Shown piece after piece: positions 24,201 to 38,745 of a DNA stretch of 64,000 nucleotides. Every line of letters begins with the position of its first letter. The first letter of the stretch is position 1. This stretch comes from Octopus bimaculoides (lineage: Eukaryota), in the NCBI RefSeq assembly GCF_001194135.2, contig NC_068989.1, forward strand, positions 3,702,255 through 3,766,254, read 5' to 3'. Below the pieces are notes generated by a model. It worked only from the letters and a program-made list of their open reading frames with translations, was not told the origin of the DNA and did not search any database. The position numbers and the translations under genes are program-made.

Positions 24201-25860
<1,660 letters not shown>

Positions 25861-26799
25861 AGTCGATGTAGACTTACAGTACTAATGATTAAATAGACGA
25901 GAGAAGATAGGTTTGTGAGGCAGATGTTTTATATTTGAATCAATGGTGAATAAGCGTGATTTTAAGTTCGGTTCACGGAAGGAATCATATTCTTTTATAT
26001 ATTCACATGGAATGTGTGAACATAACTGTATACGTGTGTATATGCGCTTCACTCTCTCTCCATTCCTCTATCTCTCCCCTCCTTCTCTCCCCTTTCTTTT
26101 ACTCTCTCTTTATCTCTGTATATATATGTGCGTGTGTGTGTGTGTACATACATATATATATACATACATGTATATATATATATATGAGAATGCGTGATGG
26201 ATGAATGGATGGATACGTGAGTCTATGTATATATTTCTGTACACGCACATCCACATACACAAACACAGTCACACACATTCATACAAACACACGCGCACAC
26301 ACATTTGCGCACGCACATTCACATACACATTCCTTCTGATATGCGCATAAAATATGCGCATATGCGCATATATATATGTATGTGTGTGTGTGTGTGTGTG
26401 TGTTTGCGTATTTATATAAATAGACTTTGTTTCTTTGTATTAAACATCTTCCTGATCTTTATCTGGAAACTATTCAACGAAACTGTTGTTACTCTGGAAA
26501 TTTGCCATTCTTAAAATCTCTGCAAACCATCGCAACCATATTCTCACTCTCTCTCTCTCACTCACTCTCTCTCACTCTCTCACTCTCTCACTCTCTCACT
26601 CTCCCTCTCTCACTCACTCACTCTCTCTTGGCTTCATCTCAGCCACTTTCGATTTTTCCCCGTCTCAGCCACACTTTTGCCATCTTCGTATTTGTATCTT
26701 TCAATCTTAAAATACGAAGAGATCTAACAATGATGATGATGATGATGATGGTGATGATAAAAGTAATAATGTTGAAAATAATAATCGCAATAATAATTT

Positions 26800-27251
26800 T
26801 CGCTCGTTTTGGCACAAGTCGAAGGGGTATGCCGATTACATATCCGCCGCTGGTTCACTGTTACTTATGTTATCTACCCAGAAAGGATGAAAGATAAGGC
26901 CTTGGCAGAATTTGAACTCTGAACGTAAAGAGCCGAAAGCTATACTGCTGAGCATTTTGTTCGACTGACTAACTATTTAGACTGCTCGCCACTTTGATAA
27001 TGATGATGATGATGTTGATGAAGATGATAGTAATCATCATCCTTTCTACTGGAGGCACAAGGCCTCACATTTGTTGGGTGGGGACTAGTCGATTATATCG
27101 ACCTCAGTGTTTCACTGGTACTTAATTTATCGACCCAGAAAGGATGAAAGGCAAAATCGACCTCGGCGGAATTTGAACACAGAACGTAGCGGTAGACGAA
27201 ATGCCACTAAGCATTTCGCCCGGCGTGCTAACGTTTCTGCCAGCTCATCGC

Positions 27252-27252
<1 letters not shown>
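26800..27252 (-). mobile_element. Two tandem SINE-A copies (26800-26992, 27039-27252) separated by (GAT)n
   Basis: Both show the reversed head (CTGCCAGCTC / CTGCTCGCC) and AATTTGAAC B-box; flanked by (GAT)n/(AAT)n. Confidence 0.85.
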
Positions 27253-27287
<35 letters not shown>

Positions 27288-27291
27288 AATG

Positions 27292-27333
<42 letters not shown>

Positions 27334-27421
27334 GTGGCGATGATAATGATGATGATGACGACGACGATGACGCTGTTACTACTGCTGCTACTGATGATGA
27401 TGATGATGATGATGATGATGT

Positions 27422-27455
<34 letters not shown>

Positions 27456-27579
27456 ACAAAATCACAAAAAGAGAAGTCAGTAGTCATAGACCTACTACCT
27501 GTTTATTATTATTATGACCCCACGACAGATGGAGTTCATAACTTTCCGAAGTTGGGGAACTGGTTACGAGAGGAGCAAA

Positions 27580-27960
27580 AGAACCAGGCTTGTCCATTGG
27601 ACACTTTGCAACAAGTATGGTCTTGACAGAGAAAAACATTGGTACGACCACAGACCCGAAGGCATCATTGAAAATAAAAATGCAAAGATCCTGTGGGATT
27701 CTACGATTCAGTGCGACCATGAGATAGAGAATAGGAAGCCGGACATAGTCTTCATTGAGAAAGAAAACATACTATGCTGGATCATAGATATAGAAAGAAA
27801 ATTCGAGAGATATGATAGGTTAGCTAGGGAAGTTCAGCAGTTGTGGTCGATGAATAAGGTAGCAGTAGTACCAATAATTGTCAGAGACCTGGGAACAGTG
27901 AGTAAAAATCTCGAGCAGTACCTGGAAAAAATAGGGGCTGCAATAAGGGTGGAGCACTTC
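27580..27960 (+). pseudogene. R4/Dong-like non-LTR retrotransposon fragment, RLE (PD-D/E-xK) domain (family R-b)
   Basis: LVHWTLCNKYGLDREKHWYDHRPEGIIENKNAKILWDSTIQCDHEIENRKPDIVFIEKENILCWIID...VVPIIVRDLGTVSKNLEQYLEKIG matches the R4-clade ILWD / RPDIV / VVP(I)IVGALG motifs; truncated on both sides. Confidence 0.85.
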
Positions 27961-28249
27961 ACAGCTGGGATGGCAACTCGTGCTCTTGTCCCATTCACAT
28001 TTTGCTGCTTTGTCGTTTAGGGAGAACGCAGCCATCTTAGAAAATGATTGCTTGTCGTTGGAGTCGTTGCCACAACTTACTTTGCCATCTTTGTTATCGT
28101 TGTTGTTGTTGTTGCTGCTACCGTTGCTGTTGTTGTTGCTGCTACAGTCGTCGTTGCTGTTCTTGTTGTTGCAGCTGCTGATGTTGTTGTTGTTGTTGTT
28201 GCAGTTGATGTTGTTGCTTTTGCGGTTCTTGCTGCTGCTGTCACCGCTG

Positions 28250-28605
28250 CTATTCCTGTCATTAGACTGCGGCCATACTGGGGCACCACCTTGAAAGATT
28301 TTAGTCTAAGAAATCGACCCCAATAATAATATTCTATTTTCAAGCTTGGTGCTTATTCTATCGGTCACTTTTACAGAACCGCTAAGTTACAAGGACGTAA
28401 TCACACGAATTGTTAAGCGGTGGTGAGGGACGCATAAAAGCTCACACAAACATGCATGCACACACACACTCACTCACACACACACACTCTCACAGACACA
28501 CACATATACGGCCAGCATTTCAGGTTCCGTCACAAGGCCTTGGTCGGCCCAAGACTCTAGCGGAAGGTGCGACGCAGAGGGACTGAGCACGGAATTATGT
28601 GGCCA
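28250..28605 (-). mobile_element. SINE-B
   Basis: GTCATTAGACTGCGGCCATACTGGGGCACCACC...AACCGCTAAGTTAC...(CA)n...CACAAGGCCTTGGTCGGCCC. Confidence 0.8.
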
Positions 28606-28882
28606 GTATTTATTTGAATTAAAGAATGCAAAACACGGCTGTTTCTCCTTTCAGCTTTTCCCCTGGTGAAAGCTTCTGTCTGAACCAATAGATTTTCCAT
28701 TCCTCACGGCAAGTTCNNNNNNNNNNNNNNNNNNNNNNNNNNNNNNNNNNNNNNNNNNNNNNNNNNNNNNNNNNNNNNNNNNNNNNNNNNNNNNNNNNNN
28801 NNNNNNNNNNNNNNNNNNNNNNNNNNNNNNNNNNNNNNNNNNNNNNNNNNNNNNNNNNNNNNNNNNNNNNNNNNNNNNNNNN

Positions 28883-28956
<74 letters not shown>

Positions 28957-28966
28957 CACACACAAG

Positions 28967-29011
<45 letters not shown>

Positions 29012-29584
29012 ACACATATATATACGTACATTCACACAAACACATGCAGACATACATTATAATTGTAGCTATCTTTTTAAAAATGTTAATTTCTTGTTGA
29101 AATGAAATAATCTATTGAATACAGATAAAAAAAAGAGAGAATAACTAACTTTTAATAATCAATATTTTTTGCTATCTTGTACTAAAACGTATATTTAATT
29201 ATACTGTCAGTATAATTTATCAATAATTCGGTCTGTAATCTGCACCATTCACGCTGGACTTCAGTAAATAAAGTTTAATTGTTATGTCTGGTTTTGAGTT
29301 TGTTTCGAGATATTTGGATGTTTTGCTGAAGCAAAATTTCGATCAATATTCTCTCCAAACTTCTTGGAATAATTTTCAACTAAATCGGACACCTGAACCA
29401 AGGGAACTTTCTCGTTTTAAAGGACATGAAATAACGAAGCTCTTTCGCCGTTTTACACTGGCAAGGACAGTTTTACGCAGCAAAGGACAGTTTGCATATG
29501 AATTGAACACCTTGGCCCTCTTCTCGCAGAGTTCCACCATCTTTAATAGAGAGTTTCTCACAGAAACGTCAACAACATGCTCTG

Positions 29585-29650
29585 TAGCGATGGTTCCCAA
29601 ACTTTTCGGGTTGCCACGCCATTGAAACCCAGGCCAGATTCCTGGCGCCC
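29585..29650. mobile_element. hAT (Charlie-like) MITE terminus
   Basis: (C)AGCGATGGTTCCCAAACTTTT...GGCGCCCC resembles hAT-Charlie TIRs; no partner TIR found. Confidence 0.4.
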
Positions 29651-29777
29651 CACAAGATACACTCTCTTCCTGATGATCTCCTATACAGTTCCAAAACAGC
29701 TGGGCTCTCTTCCCTCAGAGAAGCCCTGGATGGAAAGCTCTCAGCATACAAAAAAAGACCGTGCATAGGTATATATA

Positions 29778-30180
29778 GAGGTCAGCTGCTCTGCAGATAT
29801 AAATCAAACAAAAATCAAACAAAAATCAAATTAAACGAAAAGGATATCTATGAACAACTGCTTCGAAACCTCCAGCTTCTATATCCAGACTATGAATTCA
29901 TATTCATACCGATAATAATTGGAGCCCTAGGTTTTGTTAGTAAATGCTTAAAGAAGAATATGGATAAACTGAGATTTTCAGGAAGAGAAATTGACCGGCT
30001 GATTCGTACATTGCAAGTCCAATCTGTGAGTGGAACAGTAAAAATATGCAAGACTTTTCTCAAGTTCCAAATGTGAATTTGTTTGTGTTAAATACATCCC
30101 AAGGGTGGAGCTTTGTATCTTTGCTGGAAACCGGATCCCTCCTCAGCGGAAGATTTATAATAATTAAAAAATGAAGGAGA
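29778..30180 (+). mobile_element. 5'-truncated RLE-type LINE 3' end (family R-a)
   Basis: EVSCSADIN.../KDIYEQLLRNLQLLYPDYEFIFIPIIIGALGFVSKCLKKNMDKLRFSGREIDRLIRTLQVQSVSGTVKICKTFLKFQM* (stop 30074-30076), then a ~100-nt UTR ending in (CATA)n. Confidence 0.85.
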
Positions 30181-30689
30181 CATACGTACATACATACACT
30201 CATACTATTCGCAATTATAAATATTCGTATAAATACATACATACATACATGAATGCAAACATACATGCATACATACATATATACGTATATACGTAAAATA
30301 TTTCATATAACTGAATTACGCGTCCCTCTGTTGTTTGTCAACGTTAGTTTAATTTATAATTTACATACACTTATAATCGTGTGTATATATATATATATAT
30401 ATATATACATATATATATAAATGCATAATACATATTCACACACTGATTGTGTATGTACATAGGCACGGACACACAGCTTCTCTCCCCATACAGTCAGACC
30501 ACCATTAGTGACGAATCTAACCATGTGCTTCTGAATGGCAGTTCAATTAAATGACTTCGATTAGTCATTTAACTACAAAGTATCTTACTTTCCATTCTGA
30601 CACTTGCAGACGTTCGATTCTACACGCGCTTATACACCTACATGTATGCATTCACACATACACACACGCACTCTCTTTCTTTCTCTCTC

Positions 30690-30726
<37 letters not shown>

Positions 30727-31359
30727 TACATACACACGCTTACATACACACAAGCAAATATAAACATCCACAATATATAAATTCTTACAAGCACATACAT
30801 ATAACCACACGCATATCCATACACGTATGCACACATATCCAAAGAGACACGGTTATTGTTATAGAATTAATAGCATTTTTCTTTTAGAAGCCAGCAGGCT
30901 ACGATAATTCTTTATATTTGTTCGACATTGTTTTGTTGATAACATTAACAGTGAGTCTTCTCACTCACAAACCCGTCCTTTTTGTTCTGTACAGTTGAAC
31001 TTCTGTCAATGCAAGTCCCGTGGGGTTTAATTTGTACATGATGTAACGACATCAATGAGCATCGGTTTTTGCGTGGGTGCCTGGAAATACCGCACTGCTA
31101 ATATATATANNNNNNNNNNNNNNNNNNNNNNNNNNNNNNNNNNNNNNNNNNNNNNNNNNNNNNNNNNNNNNNNNNNNNNNNNNNNNNNNNNNNNNNNNNN
31201 NNNNNNNNNNNNNNNNNNNNNNNNNNNNNNNNNNNNNNNNNNNNNNNNNNATATATATATATATATATATATACATATGTGTGTATATATATGTATATAT
31301 ATGTATAGATCATTGGGTGTGGTGTAAATATGTATATATGTATGTATGTATATGTATAT

Positions 31360-31602
31360 CGTGACACTCCGTCGGTTACGACGACGCGGTTACCAGTTGA
31401 TCCGATCAACGGAATAGCCTGCTCGTCAAATTAACGTGCGTGCAAATGGCTGAGCTCAGACACGTGTACCTTTAATGTAGTTCTCGGGGAGATTCAGCGT
31501 GACTCAGCGTGTGACAAGGGTGGCCCCTTGAAATACAGGTACAACAGAAACACGAAGAAAGTGTGAGGGGAAGTCGTGGTGAAAGAGTACAGCAGGGTTC
31601 GC
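31360..31602 (-). mobile_element. SINE-D 3' part
   Basis: CACTCCGTCGGTTACGACGAC...GATCAACGGAATAGCCTGCTCG...GAAATACAGGTAC; tail shared with 42287-42690 and 34796-35065. Confidence 0.8.
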
Positions 31603-33257
31603 TGTACGTTATATAACGGGCGATGCTTGTCAATTCTTACAAACTATAGATAGAAGAATGTATTTATAGAGACAAGAACTCTTGGAGAGATAGTTTTGTT
31701 CGTTGTTTACATATCAATGCATGTGGACATCGAAGGAGGAAACGAGAAAGGAAAAGCCAAGAAGTGTGTGTGTGGTGGTGGTGGGGAGATAAAACTGAGA
31801 ATTGCATTCAGTGAGGTTTTATTCGGGATTGAAAGAGATGGCTGCGACAGCACTTTAAACACACACCACTAAACACTGCTTGTTACGGTTGACTAGTTTG
31901 CAGAATGTGGTCGGGACGTGATGACAATTTGGAAGGTCGCTATGTAAATAGTTTTATGTGAAACAAGGCAAAACCGATGCGGAAACACTTATGTAAAACT
32001 CCAGACTTCTTATAAATTAACTTTCATGAGCGAAGCACCTCTTCGTCACTTGAAAGAAGAGGTTTAAGGTCATCTTCACTTTGAAGGGCGCCCATGGGGC
32101 CACTACGAAGTGACTGAAACGTTACAAGTACACTGACGTCAGAAGATTCTACTTTGAAGCAGATTAGAGTTTTGTAATTTTTGAACTACAAAAATATTGA
32201 CTGTTTTGAAAACATTTTTTTCTTTTTGCATTTTCCATTTATATCATTCATTGATACTTCATACACATTTGATATTATAGTTAAAAAAAACACTACAATG
32301 TTTATTTTTGAAATTGAATAGAAAAGGATAAATGTGCTTTTTTTTCAGCGATCCGCATTTGGGTCTTTTCGAAAAATTGATCATAATTTCCAAAATAATT
32401 CACACATGAAGAAAATTTAAATACTATATATTATTTTAATACCTAAGACACATGGTAAAGCGAAAAAATATGAATACTAAAAATTTGGAAGTTAATGGGC
32501 TAAAGTTCATGCACATCAGAGTTAATTAATTACTGATGTAACACTACGAGAAACATAAGCGTTCAAAATATCCGGGCATGTCAACACTTATGTGTACGTG
32601 AAGGTACACAAAGTGGGAAAGAGACATGCCAAGGTACACAAGTTTTCAACAAGTGGAGACGTTTTGGTGTTTGGAAGAATGAACCGTTCTCTAATTTAAT
32701 GCTGTAATTTGTTCTGTGTAGGAATCCAAGAATAATTTTAAGCCTGATCATGTGTTATTACGTTTTAATGTGGTTGCTCACTTATTCATTCACCACTTGT
32801 TCAATTCACCAACACGTAATCCAACGACATCTCTTCTTAATAGCTTCTACGACTCTCGGGATAATATATGGCTGCGCATACGACACTAAGCTGATACCTC
32901 CAGCACGCATGCGTATTTATACACTTCGGAACCGTTTATTTATCCTCTCACGAGTGTGTTCGGATTCCACCACAACATTGTGTTATTAAAACTGTTTACG
33001 TTGTTCTTGGCTAAAAATATTATTCCATTTCGATAAGATTGCTTTCAGGAAAACAATCGACGTTTAACACTAATTTTCTGCTTTCCTTGGCGACCTGAAT
33101 TTAGAACATCGTCCTTTCATTTATAATTCAGCAGTGAAGACTACGTATTTTTTCGAAACACGCGAAGAATAAATATTCTTAGAACTTATTATTGCCTCCA
33201 TGACAGGCAATAATATGTCCATTGTTATTTAAGATCATTATCACTACAGTACTATAA

Positions 33258-33480
33258 TCTTGGTTTCAAACTTTGGGACAAGGCCAGCTATTTGGGGTGG
33301 GGTGGGAGGGAAAAGTTGATTACATTGACCCCAGTGCTAAACTGGTATCTACTTTATCGACCACGAAAGGGACGAAATGCAAATTCGAACTCGGAGGAAT
33401 TTGGACTCAGAACGCAGAGAAGGGAAAATGACGCTAAGCGTTCTGGCTGATGTGCAAACGGTTCTGTCAGCTTGGCGCCG
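33258..33480 (-). mobile_element. SINE-A
   Basis: TTTGGGACAAGGCCAG...TTGACCCCAGTGC...GGAATTTGGACTCAGAACG. Confidence 0.8.
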
Positions 33481-33510
33481 TCGAATTTGCTATAATATTG
33501 CTATCACTTA

Positions 33511-33875
33511 GGCGCAGAGATGGTGTTGTGGTTAAGAAGTTCACTTTGGTACTACGTGGTTTCAGGTTCAGTACCTTGGGCAAGTCTCGTGTCTTCTGCT
33601 ATAACCCCAAGCTGATAATGATTTGCGTGTGATTTTAGTAGACGGAAACTGCGTGGAAGCTCTTCGTATGTATGACTAAACATGTGTGCATGTGAGTGTG
33701 TGTTTGTGTGTATGTATTAGTGCTATACAGGCAAACATATTGATACAAGCACACACAAACACAACCGTTGTTGGTATGGTTACGTCCCCGTGACTTAGCG
33801 GTTTGACCAAAGACACCAAGAGAATAAGTACTAGGCTTATAAAGAACAGATCGTCGTATTGATTTGCTCGACTAA
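33511..33875 (+). mobile_element. SINE-B, 3' tail missing
   Basis: GGCGCAGAGATGG head, CCTTGGGCAAGT, GACGGAAACTG, linker, right monomer ending GATTTGCTCGACTAA. Confidence 0.85.
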
Positions 33876-34015
33876 CGGAACCGCCTTTAGTCGAGCAAAT
33901 CAACCCCAAGAATTACTTTTGAAAGCCTAGTATTTATTCTGTCGGTGTATTTGGTCGATCCGCTAAGTTACAGGGACGTAAACACTCCAGCCAACAACGT
34001 CGGTTGTCATATATA
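33876..34015 (-). mobile_element. SINE-B right monomer, tail-to-tail with the preceding copy
   Basis: CCGCCTTTAGTCGAGCAAATCAACCCC...CCGCTAAGTTACAGGGACGTAAACAC. Confidence 0.85.
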
Positions 34016-34022
34016 TATGTAT

Positions 34023-34080
<58 letters not shown>

Positions 34081-34795
34081 GGATAGATAGATATGTATGT
34101 ATGTATATATGTATGTATACATGCATATATATGCATGCATGAATTATAAATTGAAAAATGTGAGCACAACATGCAATTTAGAGTCCCTCGTTAGGGGCGG
34201 TCTTCAAGTAAATTGATTACTCCATGGATGTCGAGCAACTGTAATGGAGTTGATTGTTGTTTGACGGACGCCTGTTTTTCATTATTCATTATCATTGGAT
34301 TTTAAATTATGAGCTGTTAATCTGATTATAACTCCTAGAAATACTTGCGGCCATATTGGTTTTCATACTTGCAATTGTTAGATTAATTCTCGCTTTTGGC
34401 TGAGTAATTTGTAATGTTCCATTAAGATATTCGTTAGGTAATGCTACCTGCCAAGCAAAGTTCATCTCTGTTGGCGTTGGCACTATAATGTTTTCCCGGA
34501 TCGATAATATACCATTTATATCAATGTTATTTTACTCTTCCTCTTTTAATATCCAAATATTTTGTGACAAAAACTACTGTTTTCATATTGCATATTTTGG
34601 AAGAAACATTATGTACAGCACCTATTAAACTTCTTTTCACAAGCTCCTATATATATACATACACACACATATATATATNNNNNNNNNNNNNNNNNNNNNN
34701 NNNNNNNNNNNNNNNNNNNNNNNNNNNNNNNNNNNNNNNNNNNNNNNNNNNNNNNNNNNNNNNNNNNNNNNNNNNNNNNNNNNNNNNNNNNNNNN

Positions 34796-35065
34796 TCGTG
34801 GCACTCCGTCGATCCCAGTTGATCCGATCAACGGAACAGAGTGTAAGAAGGCTGGCCCTTAGAAATACAGGTACGACAGAAACAAGAAGGAACAATGAGA
34901 GAAAGTTGGGGTGAAAGAGTACTGCAGGGTTCACCACCATCCGCTGCCGGAGCCTTGTGGAGCTTTAGGTGTTTTCGCTCAATAAACACTTATAACGCCT
35001 TGTCTGGAAATTGAAACCGCGATCCTACGACCACGAGCCCGCTGCACTAACCATTGTGTCATTGC
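34796..35065 (-). mobile_element. SINE-D (tRNA-like head + shared tail), with internal deletion
   Basis: Head reverse complement AATGGTTAGTGCAGCGGGCTCGTGGTCGTAGGATCGCGGTTTCAATTTCC; tail shared with SINE-C. Confidence 0.8.
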
Positions 35066-35070
35066 ACATC

Positions 35071-35500
35071 ATTGTGTGGTTGAGAAGGTCATGTTTTACT
35101 CGTTTGGTTTCGTGTTCAGTTCCATAACGCGGCACCTTGGGCAAGTGGCTTCTTTCTATATCTACGGAGTGAATTTGGTTGACACGGAAACTATCTGAAA
35201 GCCCGTCGAATGTTTATATATTATGTGTGTGTGTGTGAGTGTGCGTGTGCATGTGTGTGTGTGTCTGTGTTTCTGAATATGTGTGTGTATCTTTGAGTTT
35301 GTGTTCGTTCCCACGGCAACTCTTGACAGCTTAGATTGGTTTCTCTACGTCTCTGCAACCTTAGGTGTTTGGCAAATGATCAATGGAATGAATACTAGAC
35401 TTAAAAATAAGTTCTTGGGTTGAGTCGTTTAACTAAACTGTTGTAGGCGCTGCTCCAGCATTACTGCAAATCCAGTGACTGAAAACCAATTAAAAATTAA
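35071..35500 (+). mobile_element. SINE-B, diverged
   Basis: GTTCAGTTCC...GCGGCACCTTGGGCAAGT...AAAGCCCGTCG (TG)n ...GGCGCTGCTCCAGCA. Confidence 0.75.
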
Positions 35501-36683
35501 AAGATTGTTTCCTGTTTTTAACCTTGTAAACCAGACAATACTTTTAATAGGAAATTCGCTGTTGGCTGAAGTTTAAAAATTTACTGCTTCAGGCATTCAT
35601 GTATGAGTTTATAACTATCATTATGCTCTCAGTGTATTTTATGCGCAGCTGTCGCTCACTTTTAGATTATTTCTATCAAATAATTAGTAGTATTTGTTGT
35701 CAGTAAGCCAATGTTTGTTAGCTTTGCTGTTCCTATTTTTACTGTAAATGTAACTTGCTTAAACACTTCTTGCTTTTAGATGCGCGTTGTGAGTTAATTC
35801 TTCATTGAGCATATTTTAATCTTAGTTACCTTTGTGCAATTGCTCTAGGATGCTGAAAATTTTGTCTATCACCAGGTTTGTCTAGTATCCAGCTACAAAC
35901 GCTAACATCGAGTTTTAGTTTGAAATGTTGGCAACTGATTTGAAAATTTCTTCATATATGATAGATGCCAAGAAATTCTGCAATATTTTCTTATCATCTT
36001 TTAGATTCATATGAAATCTTCAGTAAATGTGTTGCGATAATATATGAGGTGTTAAAGACAGTGTCTTCGAATATTTGAATCATGTTATTTATTTCGTATC
36101 CGGGTGGCAATATTGGTTTCTAGAACTTTCGATGTACATGAATGAGACGACTGGATGCGGCCGTTTGGACATTGGCGATTTGGCACGGCTGACTGGGACA
36201 TTTAACCTGTTGGGAGACAATGAGTATTGGAACTGGGACCCAACGAACAATCAAGCGCGCGTTTGCGGAGGTATACTCATGCATAAAGTGTGAGCGAGAG
36301 AAATATTACACAAACATAGGCGCAGGCATGGCTGTGTGGTAAGTCCTCGAACCAACTGATTCCTCAACTAGTTCCGTTTGCCAAAAAGCTTGCAACGGCG
36401 CCAGAAGGTCTCAAGAGGCAAATGCGTGTCCATAGAACGTGATTGGCGCTTTATTTTACTGAACCCTCATTTGAATTTCACGATAAGAGAATCCATGATA
36501 TATACATATATGTATACATCCATTCCCACGCACACTTACTCACGCATTCATGTATGTTAATGTTCATTTTTATGTTTAGTTCTAATAAAAACGATTGTAA
36601 ATTAATCTGAGGGTTTACTTTTGTAGTGTACAAATTTATTATGCTTTAACATGAATATTGTTGACATGTGTATGTGTATATGC

Positions 36684-36721
<38 letters not shown>

Positions 36722-37200
36722 NNNNNNNNNNNNNNNNNNNNNNNNNNNNNNNNNNNNNNNNNNNNNNNNNNNNNNNNNNNNNNNNNNNNNNNNNNNNNNN
36801 NNNNNNNNNNNNNNNNNNNNNNNNNNNNNNNNNNNNNNNNNNNNNNNNNNNNNNNNNNNNNNNNNNNNNNNNNNNNNNNNNNNNNNNNNNNNNNNNNNNN
36901 NNNNNNNNNNNNNNNNNNNNNNNNNNNNNNNNNNNNNNNNNNNNNNNNNNNNNNNNNNNNNNNNNNNNNNNNNNNNNNNNNNNNNNNNNNNNNNNNNNNN
37001 NNNNNNNNNNNNNNNNNNNNNNNNNNNNNNNNNNNNNNNNNNNNNNNNNNNNNNNNNNNNNNNNNNNNNNNNNNNNNNNNNNNNNNNNNNNNNNNNNNNN
37101 NNNNNNNNNNNNNNNNNNNNNNNNNNNNNNNNNNNNNNNNNNNNNNNNNNNNNNNNNNNNNNNNNNNNNNNNNNNNNNNNNNNNNNNNNNNNNNNNNNNN

Positions 37201-37260
<60 letters not shown>

Positions 37261-37641
37261 CACTCGCACATATACGTTACATTCATACATGCATACATAG
37301 TTTTGCATAGATCTGCACACACACACAAGTATATATATATATATAGTCATGCATACACGTTTACATATATCCGTGTTGTGCGTGTGCGTGTGTGTGTGTG
37401 TGTATGACACTATGTGCATAATCGCATATGTCAACACAATGTGTTCGTCCGCTAGATATAATAGGCCATATTGATTTCTTGCAGTGAACGATAATATGTT
37501 CCTAATTGGTTAGCATTCGATATTTCTGTTCTATTGTCTCCCGCTTTTTCGACTCTAATAGAATGATAATCTGGTAGAGCCAGATGCATTCCTAAGAATA
37601 ACGTCAACAATAACAACAAGAAAAAGAAAATGAACAATAAT

Positions 37642-37707
<66 letters not shown>

Positions 37708-37941
37708 AATAATAATAATAATAATGACAGCAATAAAAAAGCTTTTATTGTTGGCCCTAGGGCCATCTATACAATTCAAAACATGTGTCATAGAGAAGAG
37801 ATAAGGGATAGAAAGTATGGTGTATATATATATATATATATATATATATNNNNNNNNNNNNNNNNNNNNNNNNNNNNNNNNNNNNNNNNNNNNNNNNNNN
37901 NNNNNNNNNNNNNNNNNNNNNNNNNNNNNNNNNNNNNNNNN

Positions 37942-37984
<43 letters not shown>

Positions 37985-38189
37985 ATATATATATATGCAT
38001 ATATATACACATATATATACACATATATACATATATATACATATATATATATATATACACACAGATATATACATACACACACACACACGTACACACACAT
38101 ATATAAATATACATAACAAGAGGTAATACTTCATAAGGTATAACGGGAGAAGCAAAAGTTAACGAGGGGTTAGCAATTTTCTACACGAA

Positions 38190-38745
38190 ATATTTACAAA
38201 TGGATAATGGTATCTCTCTTGCAAAATGGCGACTCGTCCTTGTCTAAAAGAGTTACTAAATATCAGAGCATCCATGTCATCTACCCCAGTATTCCTCTTG
38301 AAACTGAATCCACCAAATTTTCCGGTGACCATGCTGGAACTCATATAAACTGTGACATTCTTCCCTCTTCATATAAAATGGCAATTATTCACTAGAAGTT
38401 TCAAGACTTGTGACAGTCTGATTGATCTTCTCCCAACACTCTCAAATCGTGTACATATTCACGGTAGACGTTCCATCTTCGCGAGTCCTCATGACTTTGA
38501 TAATCCATACAGGCTCTGCCAAAATCACTTGTTGTAGTAAGTCACGGCCTCGAGTACCACATACTCTCACTGTAACGAAAATATCATATTGTCGAATTTG
38601 ATGGACATATAGCGGTATGTAAGCCGACTTCAAAAATCTCTAGTGAGACTTTTTATTAATGTTCCTGAAGAGACCCAGATCGGGTCGAAACGTATTGCAC
38701 CCAATAAAGTCTATTACACATTCCATCTCCTATTTTATTAATTCA
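38190..38745 (+). mobile_element. Penelope-like element 3' remnant (decayed GIY-YIG endonuclease + pLTR)
   Basis: LSKRVTKYQSI...KFSGDHAGTHINCDILPSSYK...*KFKTCDSLIDLLPTLSN resembles the PLE endonuclease tail (L..R..EH / DH..TGH / ESLLI..L.P.LN), followed by a hammerhead core and AATAAA. Confidence 0.55.
38660..38700 (+). ncRNA. Minimal type I hammerhead ribozyme motif
   Basis: CTGAAGA (38665-71), stem II GACCC/GGGTC with loop AGATC, GAAA (38687-90), palindromic ACGT, predicted GUA site at 38692-94; stem I poorly paired. Confidence 0.6.

Noticed and set aside
29665-29705. CTGATGA...AAAACAGCTGG hammerhead-like string
   Set aside because: G12 and U16.1 are absent and no stems form; at most a relic.
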